From assembly GCF_009834535.1 (NCBI RefSeq), contig NC_045697.1, positions 16,928,001 through 16,992,000 of the forward strand: a stretch of 64,000 nt of DNA, read 5' to 3'. The notes under the pieces were generated by a model. It was not told where the DNA came from and ran no database searches. It saw nothing but the letters and a program-made list of their open reading frames with translations. Position 1 is the stretch's first letter. Every line of letters starts with the position of its first letter. This DNA is from Camelus ferus (lineage: Eukaryota). Position numbers and translations under genes: made by a program. This document shows, in pieces, positions 50,826 through 64,000 of this stretch.

Positions 50826-52209
50826 TTCCATGATTTAAAAAAGAACATAAAATGGTAAACCAGAAAGGACTTTCTCTTAACTTGCTCCTAATGAACAGAG
50901 ATAGAAACCTATTGACTCAAATATTCAAACCAAGAAACAGAATCCATTTCAATACCTAAATCTACTTATATCACTTAAGTAAGAAACAGCCTGGCTGTAA
51001 CTGTGAACATTAAACATTGTATAAATCTGAGCCACACAGAGGCCAATTAATTACTGCATGGCATTACCATGTCTTCCTATAACTGTGTGATAATACCCAC
51101 TGCCTATAATCGAAAGGATTTAGCAGACATATATTGATGGAAATCAGATGATTTCATCCACAGTGTCTGAGTTACTTTGATATGTTTGAGCCTGAAGCAA
51201 AATAATGTAATAAAAAACAACATACAGATGAGAACCACAATTTTTCTCTACATATGAATCTGTCGCTGATTTGAGAAGAATCAAATCTAAGTCCGACCAG
51301 GTAAAGACATTCCATACATCATCCTTCCCAATTTAATATAAAAATAATATTTCCCCTTCCAGTATGTTTATATACTGTTCCTGACTCTGAGATCTTGGAT
51401 ATTGAGAGACCGAGAGACACAGAGTGTTGCCTTAGCAAAAGTTACACACAACAGAGATGAATTATGAAATACTTTCTTAAAAGAGATTACTTTAAAGACT
51501 ATCTGAAAATTATAAGCCCTCAGAAGTAATAACCAATGGACTAATGAGTAGAGTGGGAAGGTAGATCTTATGAGTAGGATGAATGAATGAGAAATAGACT
51601 ATATGGTAGACTGGAAATATTGTTCCCACTTCCTCCTCAACCCCCAGTAGATTGCCATGGGGCTAAAATTCTACCAGTCATATCTTTTGGTTTTAAAAAC
51701 TTTTCTGTCACTGTCTATGAAATTGCAAATACTCTTAGGAAAGGTAGCCTAAAGCTTTATCTTCTAACACTTTGTCACAAGTTATTTTTCAGTTCAGCTT
51801 AGAGAGTATTAAGACTCTTTTTGACCAGGCAAGGAATCACAATGGGGGCCAAAGTCACCTCAGAGGAGGAGAAAGGCTTAGAACAGAGGAGAGGAGAGAT
51901 TTCCAGAGACCCCTCAGGCACAAATAAATATAAATTCGAAGACTCATGAAAATTGACTTTACCAACCACCAGATTCTTTGAAGATTATTAAAAGCTATCC
52001 AATTGGTTTATATATTTGTAACATGCATCTAGGTTTTCATTGCTGTTATAAAACGTACGTTGGTGGAGACAGGAGCGAGGATGCATTTCTTCCATCTTCA
52101 TTTACCCCCAATACTAACATCCTTATGTCAGGGGAACCTCAGATACAGTTCAAGAATTTCCAAATAGGAGGGAATTAGAATGGGAATGTGGTTGGTAGGT
52201 GGGCTAAGT

Positions 52210-52345
52210 ACTTGTTACTCAAAGTGTACTGACCAGCATCACCTAGAAGCTTGTTAGAAATGCAGAATCTCAGGCCCCATTCCAGATCTACAAAATCCAT
52301 TTGCATCTTATCAAGGCTGTCATTAAATTTGAGGAACGATGGGCT
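52210..52345. mobile_element. MER5A-like MITE
   Basis: tactcaaagtg...gaccagcatcacctag..gcttgttagaaatgcagaatctcaggcccca. Confidence 0.85.
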
Positions 52346-52383
52346 AGAAAGACTTACCTTGAAGGTCTATTTGCATAGCAAGC

Positions 52384-52427
52384 TTTATTTTATTTTATTT
52401 TATTTTATTTTATTTTATTTTATTTTA
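52384..52427 (+). repeat. (TTTTA)n microsatellite
   Basis: Direct read. Confidence 0.95.
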
Positions 52428-52949
52428 ATTTTCTTAGCTTAGAGTGTAGGTTTAGAGTGGCTTAGGAACAGAATGACTGATGAATGTTACGAGGAAGAAT
52501 TGAGCCCCCCACTAAGCAACTGCTTGGTGCTACCTCTGGAGAATCTTCTCAGTGATCACACTTCCAACATGATGTAAGGATTTTTCTAAACATGATCCAG
52601 CAGGTATGACAGGCAGGACCCCCACCCTTAAATCACCCAGCAACCTCAACATACATGACTAGTCCACTTACTAGTTCAGAAAAACAGCTGATGACAAGTG
52701 AATGACGACTTCTCTGAACATTTAGATGACTGATTTTGTATAAATCAATAATTGAGTGCCACAAAATGTCAGAAAATACCAAATGAGGAGAAGAGAATCA
52801 ATAGATAACCTTGGAATTAAATGAGTGATGAATAATCTTTACCAACTAAAATAAATTAAAACATGAAAACCAAGTTAAAGTAACATCAAGGACCTGGCTT
52901 AAAACCACAAAAAACAATATAATTTAGAGGGAGGCCTGCTCATGACACT

Positions 52950-52980
<31 letters not shown>

Positions 52981-54609
52981 CAGAAAAGCGTTATGACAGG
53001 AGCTACAAAATAAGGGCTAAATTCATACTTTCTAGCTTCTGTCTGAACAGCCATAATTGTTTAAGGTTCTACAACAAGTAAACTCCAATTTGCAGATGCA
53101 GACCATGCATTAACCTAGCAACCATGAAACTGAGCACCCATTTGATGAACACTCTCAGGGTTTATGGGGTAGGGGTAAGAAGACAAATTCTACAATTTAT
53201 TTAATTCATTTTAGAGTGTAAATGTGCCTATTAGAGCTATCAAATAAATCAAACATGTATAGGCAGACCAAATGTCAGAATTCAAATCCAAATGTTTTTC
53301 TTAGTCCTAAACTGGCATCAGAGATAAATCCAGTCCTGTAACAGAAATCAAGTTAAGTGTCTTCCTTCGTAAGTAAACAGACGTGAAGCCGCATTTTTTT
53401 TTAATCATTTTAGAGCTCGTGGATTCAAAAAAGCATGAACTAAATGCCTAATATGTGCTAGGAATGGTGCTGGGTACCAGTGATGAGAGGTGAAGAACAC
53501 ACATCCATGCCCTCCTCGTCCTGTGAGGGAAGCAGCCAGGTAAGCAGATCATCTCAGCAGCAGTAGTATCTGCGGTATGGGGGAGGGAGGATGGTGGCGC
53601 AACCCCACGGACCCATCCATCCCAACCCCCCGCGCCGACATAGCTCAACGCCAGGAGTTCCACTCCTGTTGCAGTGTCCTTGAAGAAGGACAACATGGAG
53701 ACTCTGCCCCAAACCTCAGTATATAATCTAGGCTGCAGGGTTTTGGTGGTAGTGCTTTTAAATAAAATAGTTTCTGAAATGTTTCTACGGGAATAAAGAC
53801 CACAGCACCAACGAGACTTCACGGCACTCTGACCTATGAATTCTTTTTTCTTTTTAGATTTATTTTCAAATCCAAATATCCATGGATGCCTACAAGACAC
53901 TAATGCCCACACAAACTCTCCTCAGCTAGATTCCAGTCAACGATTTGTATAAACAGAGAAATCTGGGGGCAAGGGTTCTTCTGACCTAATAGCCCTGAGG
54001 GGTTCCCCCAAAGGTCCCAAGGCTGACCAACCAGAGATCGGCAGAGACATTAAGTTTTTCGAACGGCATTTAACAAAAGGTGCTCCTTTGGAGAGCTGCC
54101 TTTCTTAAAGACCGAAGGACAGGAGCACACCCAAGAAAAGAGATTTAAAAATGCAGCTTCCTCTGGAAGATTTAAGGAGTAAATGGGGACTGTATTTCTT
54201 GGGCTTGGGCAGAAAGAGGGCTATTCAACACCTTTTGATTCCTACCTTACTGGAAGAAATCATCCAGTGTTTCCAGCTGTAGCTCCATCTCTCAGGCAGA
54301 GGCATGGGCTGCTCTTACTTACTGAGGAACAGAGAAGAGGCAGAAAGTGGAAGACCTCAAGAAGCAGCCCACATGAAGTGCAGATACAACGCTTATTGTA
54401 TACACAACTTGCCATCTGAAATTAAGGCTGCCACTCTACCTAAAACAACACTTGGAATGGGGACCATGAACAGATTTAGAAACCAAATTAAGCCAAGACC
54501 ATCCTGTAGATGGTAAACATATCAAACCAGGGGTTTGGATCATGTCACTGCTCTAGAAGTTCACTGGTCCCACCCTCTGTGACAACAGCAGACTTAGAAG
54601 CTAAAGGAT

Positions 54610-54790
54610 GTCGAGTGTTCACCACGTGCCAGGCGCATGCATCTTTAAAACAATTCTGTTAAGATACCATCGTTATCTCTCTTTTATGGATGAGGAAACA
54701 GAAGCATGAAAAAGTTGAATAATTTTCTAAAGTTCTCATGGCTTTACCAGAGGGGAGCCAGGACTGAGCGGGTGATTCCAGAGCCCATCC
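54610..54790 (-). mobile_element. MIR SINE
   Basis: ttttatggatgaggaaacagaagc...agccaggact...attccagagccc. Confidence 0.7.
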
Positions 54791-56324
54791 TGTGAGCCAC
54801 CCTCCCAACGGCCTTCCCTTCTTTGTCCACCTCCCTCCTCAACCACTATCAGCAGTGATGTGCTGCACTGGACTGAAGACTCACCCCAGGGACTTTTCCA
54901 AGCCACATCCCCAAATGCTGAAAATACAGGGATCCACCCAAAACAGATGGAAATGAGGGATCCTGAAGGTGTGTGGGAAACACACAGGCACGAAAGAATA
55001 CAGAAGACAGAGAGCACAGACCCTCGGGCTTACGGCTGCAGCAGGACGCCCTAGCTTCTCCTTCTGGTCCAATGGATGCACACAAAGTTGTTTGCTTTTA
55101 ACATGCACTTAATGCCTTCTTAAAAAAAAAAAAAAAAAGGAGAAGAAGGCTCGTAAGCAAATAATAAACCGGAATTATAGCCGCTGTGCTGATGCCATGT
55201 GTTATTTTGGGCTGAGGGTCCTGCTCTTTCGGATTTCTGGATCCTGATGGTAGGATGCTGAAGTCTGCTCCAGTAACACCGGCTGACTGCTGTCCCCAAA
55301 GGACCCTGAGGAAAACAAGAGGGACTCTCTCGCCGTCTTCAGCCAACAGGGGAGGCTGAACATAAATAAACTCCCACTTAACATTTTCTCCAAAAAGAAT
55401 CCATTCATTATCTTTATTTCCGACACAGTATTTATGAATTTCCTTTCAGCGAGGCCCATCAGGGCAAACGTCACAACTCTGTGGTGAAATCTCATGTGCA
55501 TTTCCTTCTCCTCCTAGGAAGATTAAGGCCAATGAATAAAAGAAAGGGGGACGTGGCCCCTATATTTAGCTCTCCTTACAACATCATGTCTCACGGGTAT
55601 TAAAAATAGACCCAGATCACTTGAAGACATTCTGAAAAATCAAAGGCAGAATAGCTTTCCAAGAGGAAGTTTTAAATGTTTTCTGCTTTCCTTCTCGTTG
55701 ACATTTTTAAGGACCAAAAGCAGTGGTGTGGGCCCCCCTCTTCCTAGGAGGCCAAGTTCATCATCCCCTCAGCTTCGGTTCTTTGTGGACTGGATTTTAA
55801 GAGAAGTCTAGGCTGGCCCTTGGCAAAAAGTGTGAAATAGTCTGTGTAGAGAAATTTTCCTCTGTTAACAACCTTTCCTCTGCCCGGAGTCCTGACACTC
55901 CCAAGGTCCCTGTCAGAGAGAAATCAGCTCAGGTCCAATTCACTGAACAAATATGTGTCATTTGTGATGTGCCAGGCAGGGCAAAGTGGACAGAGGGGAG
56001 CGGAGGATGGAACGTCCTTGTTAGAGAAAGTGCCAGGTAATTCCACGAGTAAGGAGAGCTTCCAGAGGACCACAGGCCACACCCTTCAAAGAAGAGAGGG
56101 TTGCATTCTAGTCGGAAGGTATCGGAATGGATGTCATGCTGGAGGCAGCATTCAAAACAGACAACGAGGACAGAGTAGGGATGTGGTACTCAAAAGACAT
56201 GAGCCCAAGTGTGGAAGAAGATCAAGAATTAGCTTAGTGTAACGCCTCTTCTCAAAAATATATGCCGAGTAAACTCCAAGGAAAAAAAGCTTTTTAGAAC
56301 CGAAGGAATTTCCAGCCGGAGAAA

Positions 56325-56540
56325 TCATACAGAACTGAAGAATGCAGCCTCTTTCAAATCTTGCAGTTCACCAGCTGTGTAACTTTGGGCAATTCCTTCC
56401 CTTCCCTGAGACTCACTTTCCTATCTGTAAAGTGGGGCTCATACACCACTGGGCTGACGGGCTGATGAAATCATAACATGAATATGTAACGCTTGGCTCA
56501 GGGTTTGACACGTGGTTCATGGAAAAGACTCAATGAATGG
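56325..56540 (+). mobile_element. MIR SINE
   Basis: ccagctgtgtaactttgggcaa...ctgagactcactttcctatctgtaaagtgggg. Confidence 0.78.
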
Positions 56541-56993
56541 ATGCAGTTCACTCAAGTAGCAGCTATTTAAATTGGGTCATACTCTAATAGGCCTCTGATC
56601 ACATGCAGTGCCCACTCTCTCAGCAGGAAGCCTTGATTAACATTAGATTACGGGAAGAGTACGATAGTGTGTCCGTTGATTTTGTAAATGTCTAGTTTTC
56701 AGATGACTCTGTGGCTCATACCACTTTACAAAGGGAAGAGACCCTACAGCCACCACCAGTTTCCAATGATCAAAACAAATAAGCAACCTTGGGGGGAAAA
56801 AAATCTTTCAATGGACGTTTATGTCAATCCATGGCAGTGACACTCATCACACTTTGGAATCATTCATAGAGAGTTTAGTAAAAAGTTGATGGGCATTCTC
56901 TGAGCCAAGGTAAAGGAGAAAAGAGCCTTGGAGAGGTTAGCAGTGAGGAAACAGACAAAGCAGGGGTGAAAAATCAATGTCTGTGGAATAGTG

Positions 56994-57135
56994 CAGTGTT
57001 TCTCAAACTCTGCTGTGCCCACAGATCCCCTGGGGCTCTGTTCAGGTGAAGACTCTGATTCAGCTGGGCTGAATCATAGCTTCCTGGGGCTATCTATGCT
57101 CTGGGTCCGTGGACCACACTTTGAATGCCAAGGGT
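56994..57135. mobile_element. MER5-family MITE
   Basis: cagtgtttctcaaact...tctgattcagctggg...gtggaccacactttga. Confidence 0.7.
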
Positions 57136-58060
57136 ATGATGTTTCCTCTGGGCTTAAGAAAGGACTGAGTAGGGGAACCAGGAGAGCCCCAGTGAAAGAA
57201 GGGCAACTTGGAAAAGAGTAATGTCCAAACAAGATGGCAAGAGGACCAGATGATCTGAGAGGCAGCCAAGCCAGAGATGTAAATACCGAGATGTGATGTC
57301 CAAGGGGAAGATTTTCAGAAGAGAAGAGGCCCCAGCTCGTGAAGCTCTAGTGCATTACTCACATTGGCTGTGAGTCACTCACAGCCTTTTAGAATTGTTG
57401 ATGGCAAACGTTTTGGAGAGCGCCGCGATAAAGGAATGTGCTCACAGCCATTAACTACGAAGCACTAACTCATTTCAGCAGCCTGACACAAATGATGTTC
57501 CGCACTTGAGAAACAGCTATTGATCTGCGCCTTCTCTCTCATGCCTTCCAATACTCCAGATCAGCACTTCTACTCACTCCCCGCCCCACAGATGCCTCCA
57601 CACACCTAGTTAGATCCTTCCCAAACCCAAAACTGTCCCCCGAGACCTCACTCTACTTTCTTCTAGATTTTTGCCTTTGAAAAAACAAGCCAAGAAAGAG
57701 GCAAACCAAAGAGAGCTCTTTGCATTTCTCCACCTACCTGCCTCCTAGGAACTTCCCAACATCTTTTATTTTCTCTACTCATTATAGTCACAAAGGCAAC
57801 AAATCAACTGACCCATCACTTCCCGTGTTAGAAGATAAGAAACTGAAGAGGGCATGAAAAGGACAGAATATAGAATTAGCCTTTAAAGAATTAAATCAGC
57901 TTCAGGGGCAGATTGAGTAGTAATACTCTGAATACCTTCCAGTAGCAGCTTGAGTATCAAGAAGGCAAAAAGAAGCTCGTGGTCTCTCAAGTTAAGAGTA
58001 ATGTGCAACTTCCCTTGTCTCCTTAATCTCAAGAAAAACTGACGAAGCATGTAGATCTTC

Positions 58061-58554
58061 TGTGGCAGACTGATTGCAAAGACGGATGTCCCCAGTCCTC
58101 CCCTGCTCCCTGGATCCACACCCTTTACCATATGACTCTGCAGCTTCTCCCACTGAGAAGAGGAGTCTGCCTCCCTATTTTATGAGGCTAGGCTGCCTTG
58201 TCTCTTGCTCTAGGCACGATTTAATGGAAATAACAGTGTGGGTGTGTGATCTGAGCCTAGTGGCCCTTGCACACTTCTACTCACTCTCTTTTTCATCTGC
58301 CTTCACCAAGAGAACAAGCTTGGGCTAGCCTGCGACCACTTAGAGCAGAGTCAAGGTGATCCTCCTGACTTGCCAGCCCCCAGCTGACCCACCAGCTGTC
58401 CCAACCATAAGAGTGAGCCCAGCTGAGAACATCTGAGCCTGCCTTAGACCAGCAGAACTACAGAGATAATCCAAAGACTTAAGAGAAGTAATAAATAGTG
58501 GTTGTCTCAAGCCACCAAATTTTGGCATGCTTTGTGATGCAGCATTAGTTGGCA
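58061..58554 (+). mobile_element. MaLR LTR (MLT1H/G-like), near full length
   Basis: tgtggcagactgattgcaaa...gactctgcagcttctccca...gagtgagcccagctgaga...aataaatagtggttgtctcaagccac..aattttgg...gcagca. Confidence 0.82.
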
Positions 58555-60069
58555 AAAAAAAAAAAAAAAACCAACCCTGATGGAGCTCCCTTTGGAAAAG
58601 CCATGATAAAAAGTCTAGGCATACAAACAGTTCCAACAGGACACTGGCTTTCCTCTGACAAAAATTATTCATGAACGTAAATACATTGTAATAACATAAT
58701 TGCATCATTTATAAAACAAAAAGCACACTAGGGAATTAGATAATAAAAACACATTTCCATATTAGTTTTCATTTTTCAAAGGGTTTAATCTATTCATTAA
58801 CAGACTATATTAACTTGTGCAAATTTTTTTAGTTCACTAGACTTCTAATCCAGTTGGTCATTCCTTTTTTGTGTGCATTTGTCTGTGAAGGATTATGGTG
58901 AGCAGAGTTGCGAGTTGGGTACTGTGGGGGCTTTGAAGATGAATAACACATTAGTCCCTGATCAAATCACTCCTACCTAGTCGGGGTGACAAAACCACAT
59001 ACTCACCCTTAACACGCTGCAGGGAACATGTTACGCTCTTGATGCCATTTCTACTGCTTTAAATCTTACCCATCTTACCACAGTCCAGACGAGGGGGCCC
59101 TTTCTCTTTTTTATCTTCCCTAATCCCACCCTTATTTTTTTTCCTTCCCCAACTATAAGTAACTTTCTCAACTTTCAAAACACATTCTGGGAGGTCTAGA
59201 GCAGGTTCAGGCAATAATTCAAGGAAGCCATTAAAATTTAAGGTTAAAAGGGAAGCTTTATATCAGATTGATCATGAAAAGCCTTAAATATTGGTTGCAG
59301 AGTGTGTAACTGATTCTACAGGCAATAGGGAGCCATGGAGAGCTTCTGAGAAAGGCAGTGACATAAAGAAAAGCTGTCATTCAGCAAGCAGTGTTGAGAT
59401 GTCTCAGGCCCTTACTGAAGGATCATGGAAGTCCCAGGGTAATGAAGTTTCAGAAAAGATGAGATGGTCAGTTGCAGATCCTATGTAGAGGTAAACAGGA
59501 TGAGAAACCCATGGGGTGTGCCAAGGAGATAGCCTGGTGACCTCGGAAAGGAAAAATTCAATAGCATACAAAAAGGGGACAGGATGGAGGAGGTAGGTGA
59601 GAAATCCAAAGTGCCAGGTCCCATCCCAGATTATTCTCGAGAAGAGGCAAGGTTGACTGATTGAGAGAATTTAAGGATGCAGAGCATTTGGGGGAAGATT
59701 ACAGTCAGCCTCCCTCTGATAAATTGCTTTGGCTGGTCTAAAAGACCTAAGAAACCCTAGTCTCTCAGAAGTGCCTTATAGGCTGTTGTGGGGAGAGAGG
59801 GGAAGGGTGAGGTCCAGGGGAACACACTGAGCCAGCAGGATTCAAATTTCTTGTTCTCATTTCAACAGGCTTAATCCCATTTATCTTCCTTATGTACTGA
59901 GGTTCTGTACCAGATTTCATTTGGGAAAAATAAAAAAGGGTCCCTACTATTGATTTTAAAATAACTAATAATTTGGAAACCATTAAACCAGATGATTTCC
60001 ATGATCCATTCTAGCTCTAAGGTAAAAATCTATACTAATTACCTTCCAAAACTTAGAATAAAGAAAAAT

Positions 60070-60285
60070 CAGGAGGTTAGCACCTAACACCTGTAGGTCA
60101 GGCAACAGGCCGTACACGTTCCTTAGGTCCTCTGATTTAATTCACGCCACAGATCTCTGAATGAGGAATCATTAGTTTTGCTCTGCAGAAGATGAACTGA
60201 AGCCCAGAAAGATCCAATAGCTTGCCCAAGATCTCAGTGCTAACTACAGGGCCTGGGCTCTTGACCACAGCTTTACACATTTCCA
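60070..60285 (-). mobile_element. MIR SINE
   Basis: gaactgaagcccagaaag...cttgcccaagatc. Confidence 0.65.
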
Positions 60286-60541
60286 TGCGCACCCAGAAGC
60301 TCCTGGGCCTCATCCTTGAATTCTCAAGAGCCCTCAGATTTGAATTTCCAGGAACACATACAGGGTGACTTTGGGCAGAAGATGCTACTAAACTTAGGGA
60401 ACAGAAGGGATATATTGAGAGAAAGAGATAGGAAGCGGAAGATTGAAAGGACTGGAAAGACTTAAAAAAATAGATTAGAGCTTAGTAGAGCTGGAAGTAT
60501 TGGTGAAAACAGAAATCTTGACTCTGGGGCTACAAAAAATG

Positions 60542-60580
60542 ACACACATACACACACCACACACACACACACACACACAC
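60542..60580 (+). repeat. (CA)n microsatellite, interrupted
   Basis: Direct read. Confidence 0.93.
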
Positions 60581-60719
60581 CCCTATCTGCAACCATAATG
60601 CCATTTCTAGAAAGGATATTTACATATCAGAAAAGTCATTCTTTACTCTAGGTTGAGATAAATACTAATTTGGAAAATCTAAACCCCTTGGTAATAATTA
60701 ATTGTTAAAATACTATATC

Positions 60720-61015
60720 CCCAAATGAGGCCTTGGCCACCCCACTTAAAACCGCACCCCTCCCCACTCCTTATGCCCCTCTCTGCTTTATTTTTTCTCC
60801 AGGGCATCTAACAGCATTTTGTAATACTATACATCTTATTCCTTTGCTTATCACCTATCTCTCTACATCAGGATATGGGTTCCTTGGGCAGGAGTGGAGA
60901 GGAGGTTTATTGTTGTTTCTGTGGTTGTTCACTCTGTATCTCTGGCACCTACCATAAAGTCTGGCTCCTAGGAGGCAGTCAGGCACTTGATAAATATTTG
61001 TCGAACAAATGAATG
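60720..61015 (+). mobile_element. L2 3' end
   Basis: ctgctttattttttctcca...ttgttcactctgtatctctggcacct...cacttgataaatatttgtcgaacaaatgaatg. Confidence 0.82.
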
Positions 61016-62199
61016 TGTTACTTTGTCATGATATTTATGGAATAAGCCTTTCTATCTATTCATTCCCAACCCACCTTATGGTATCTGAAACGTTAGAGTC
61101 CCCATCAATTACAAGTCTATTTAGCATTTATATGACACTTCATATTTAAAACTCACTGTTCAATTATTGATCCCTACAATCGACCTTGAAAATAGACACT
61201 AAGAAGTGGTGTAGCCCACACCTCTTTTCTTTCCTAGGCCTGCACAACAGGTGCAAGCAGTGGGGTGGGAAGGAGGAGCAAGTTCAAGGATATGGGGGAG
61301 GAGGGGAGGGGCAGGGATGTGAGGCGCGTGGAGCCCGTTGTTGAAACTCCATTCCCTGGTCTCCTTTTGCCTCCTTAGAAGTGTTGGCACAGAGCCAGAG
61401 ATCCTCCCCTCCAGCTGCTGCAGGTGAGTTCAGCATCCCCACAGAGGAGAAGGAGAAGGAAGAGGCTCCAGGATGCCTAGAGAGGAGGTGAGGCGTGAGG
61501 GGAGGAGGGCCTCCCAGCAACCTTCTCCCCTGCAGGGATCTCCGACTCTGCCCTCTAAACGCTCCATCCTTTCCACAGGTGGCAGTCAGACTGCATGTCT
61601 TTCCACATCACTTCTTTCCTTGCCTGGTGCTCTGCTATCTCCTGGGTCTGAATGCCAATGCCCTCACCCAGCCGTCTGGTCTACCTTACCTATCTCAACC
61701 ACATGACTTAGCCTTAGGTGGGAAGCTTGATGGGCCACTTTGTGTGTGGAGATGACCCAAGTGGTAAACAAAGCACCAGTTTTAACCTAAGAGCTCAGCT
61801 CAATAAGCCCTGCTTCATTTCCCAGTATCTCAATTGCTTGGCTTTCCAGAAGAGGTTGATTTGAATATGGAATCAGATGGATGCTGTTATATTTCCTGAA
61901 ATGCACACACTAAACAAACTCCTGTCTAAATCATTTAACTTAAAGCCTCAGCTCCTAACCTACCAAACCCTTCCCCAGCTCAGCAACAAGCGTCACCAAC
62001 TCATCAGTAAAATACTCAATAGTTAAGAAGGACCAGGTGTTTGTAGTCAGATAGGTATTTTCTGATGAGGCAAGAAACCCAGGCAGGAACAGAACAGCCA
62101 GATCATTCTCATAAGCTTGGTACAATAACATTGGCCATTTCTGTAAAATGTCTAACATGCAAGGTGTATAAAACTTTCCTTCACATAAAAGGAGAGGGA

Positions 62200-62460
62200 A
62201 TTAACACTTGACCAGCACACTGAGTATATCCAATGTGTCCAGCACTATGCCAGCTCGACACAGAAACCACCTTACTTCAACTTCTCAAGAACCCTATGCT
62301 ATATGCTAAACATCTCATGAAGATATGTCTTCATTTGAAAAGGGGAAATTTCAAATGAATCCTAAATGTCTAATAACTCGCTTAAGGTGCCACCGTTAAA
62401 AAGTGGAAGAGTCAAGTCTGAAAACCAGGCCTAATTTTCAAGCCTATCACTTGGTCTAGC
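62200..62460 (-). mobile_element. MIR SINE, degenerate
   Basis: cttctcaagaaccctatg...taactcgcttaaggt...aagtggaagagtcaag. Confidence 0.55.
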
Positions 62461-63321
62461 CATTATACATAAACAATTTCAATATTGCTTTATTTTCCAT
62501 TGACTTTGACTTTTTGATCATTTCTTGTTTTAGGAGCTTAAGGAAGAGAACATTTAAGGCATTTAATCTTTCTTTGGTGTTACCCTGACATCACACCTCT
62601 TGCATTGCCCGAGGGAGATTACTGCAAACATTGTTTTTTACAAAACTGTTTGATCTCTGGTTATTTATCGAACACTTATTGATTGTGAATAGAGATTCCT
62701 AATTGACAGAAAGAACGGGCAAGCCAGCCCTCTTTTTTCATTGTTTTGTATATTGACTGTGTTACTGAAGCCTTCGTCTTATCCTCATGAACATTCTCTA
62801 GACATACTTGATTCAAAGACATGTTCACTGCACTGATGTTTCTAATCTTCAGTAGCTCATACATTATACACACAGCAGCTAGTAAATACATTTAAAAAAT
62901 ATTTTTGACACACATAAATTCACACTGCATGATACTTCATGAAAGAAACATCCAAACACCTAACTTGCTACTAGACGATTAATAAAAATGTTGTGGAAAC
63001 TGCTTCCAAAGGATGGCAATTAGCTGCGATGATTAGACAAAACATGGTTTCACGTTAAATTAAACTGATATTTAAATGTAATTTTTAGCTCTGTGGTGCC
63101 AAGGTACTACATAATTCCATCACTCCTACTATTTAACAGTAATAGTAACAACCACAATAACTCAACCAAATTTTCCAAGATTATGATTTGCAATGCCCCA
63201 AAGAAGTTAATTGCATACTTGGAAAGTGGGTTAACTTTTTCAAGCCACTTGAGATCATTTAATGACAGCTTTTGGAAAAGTTAACTGCTTTCCAAAATGC
63301 CTCCCAGTGGAGAGAGTTCAT

Positions 63322-63492
63322 TCATATGTATACATATATTAATACTATATATACATATATATGAAAAGTATATATGAATATATATTACATATACATATAT
63401 AGTATATGTTATATATTGACATTAAATATACATCTATCGATATTATATACATATGTATGAATAGTATATATACATATGTAATACATATGTAT
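63322..63492. repeat. Degenerate (TA)n/(TACA)n low-complexity tract
   Basis: Direct read. Confidence 0.88.
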
Positions 63493-64000
63493 CACAAATA
63501 TCATAGCTCTGAAAAAGTGTATTAATTTACACTTAGCTAGATTAACTCTGCCCAAATAGTTTTCCTCTGTTTCTAAAACGAGCTGAAATGTCAACTCATT
63601 ATAAGGAAGACTATTAGCAATTCAAATATGAAGTTATTCATTACTTTAGACAAAATAAACAAACAAAACAATAAAAACCTTTAAAGATAATGGTGAGCTT
63701 TCTCTGAGGACTTTGAAAGTTCAGAAAAGTCAGTAATTTCTTCATGGGCAGAGTATATCTGCTCTGTGTGGCCTAAGTTGAACTAAAATCTCTGACTAAG
63801 GGAGACCCAATTCCAAAGTGTTCACTGTCCACCAGGGGCTACAAGCAAATCCAGCAGAACTAGCGTAAGGCAAAGGAGAAGGGGAGGGACTGTGGCGGAA
63901 GGAAGAGGGCCTGCCCTGTTTAAAGCAGTTGCAACTTCATAGATCTAGGCAAATACTGCCATGGAGGAAATGTGGACCCAGAATTTATACATCTTTCCAT

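Noticed and set aside
53448..53912. 154-aa minus-strand ORF
   Set aside because: GTG start, ends in L2-like sequence, no homology recognised.

Overview
Mammalian, mostly intronic DNA rich in ancient repeats: MIR, L2, L3/CR1, HAL1, L1, MaLR/ERVL LTRs and hAT/Tigger fossils. I saw no Alu, B1/B2, Bov-A/Bov-tA, PRE-1 or Can-SINE. The L1 3' ends look cetartiodactyl, probably camelid (inference). The only coding feature I can support is a small minus-strand exon (about 45318-45483, coding part 45318-45386). It encodes MDETSPRLEEDWKKGLQREASWQ and ends at a consensus CAG|GTAAGT donor. From memory, this matches the alternative N-terminus of the CNS-enriched B5 isoform of PPARGC1A (PGC-1alpha; human MDETSPRLEEDWKKVLQREAGWQ). 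The window therefore most likely lies in the large upstream introns of the distal PPARGC1A transcription unit, transcribed right to left. All other listed ORFs appear to be noise or repeat-derived. Second-look items are candidate MEF2/FOX/ACGTG enhancer clusters, a UG repeat near the exon, a double-tailed L1, a ~53-bp local duplication and two speculative cryptic exons. I found no convincing wholly new biological system. Repeat boundaries and subfamily names are by eye and approximate.
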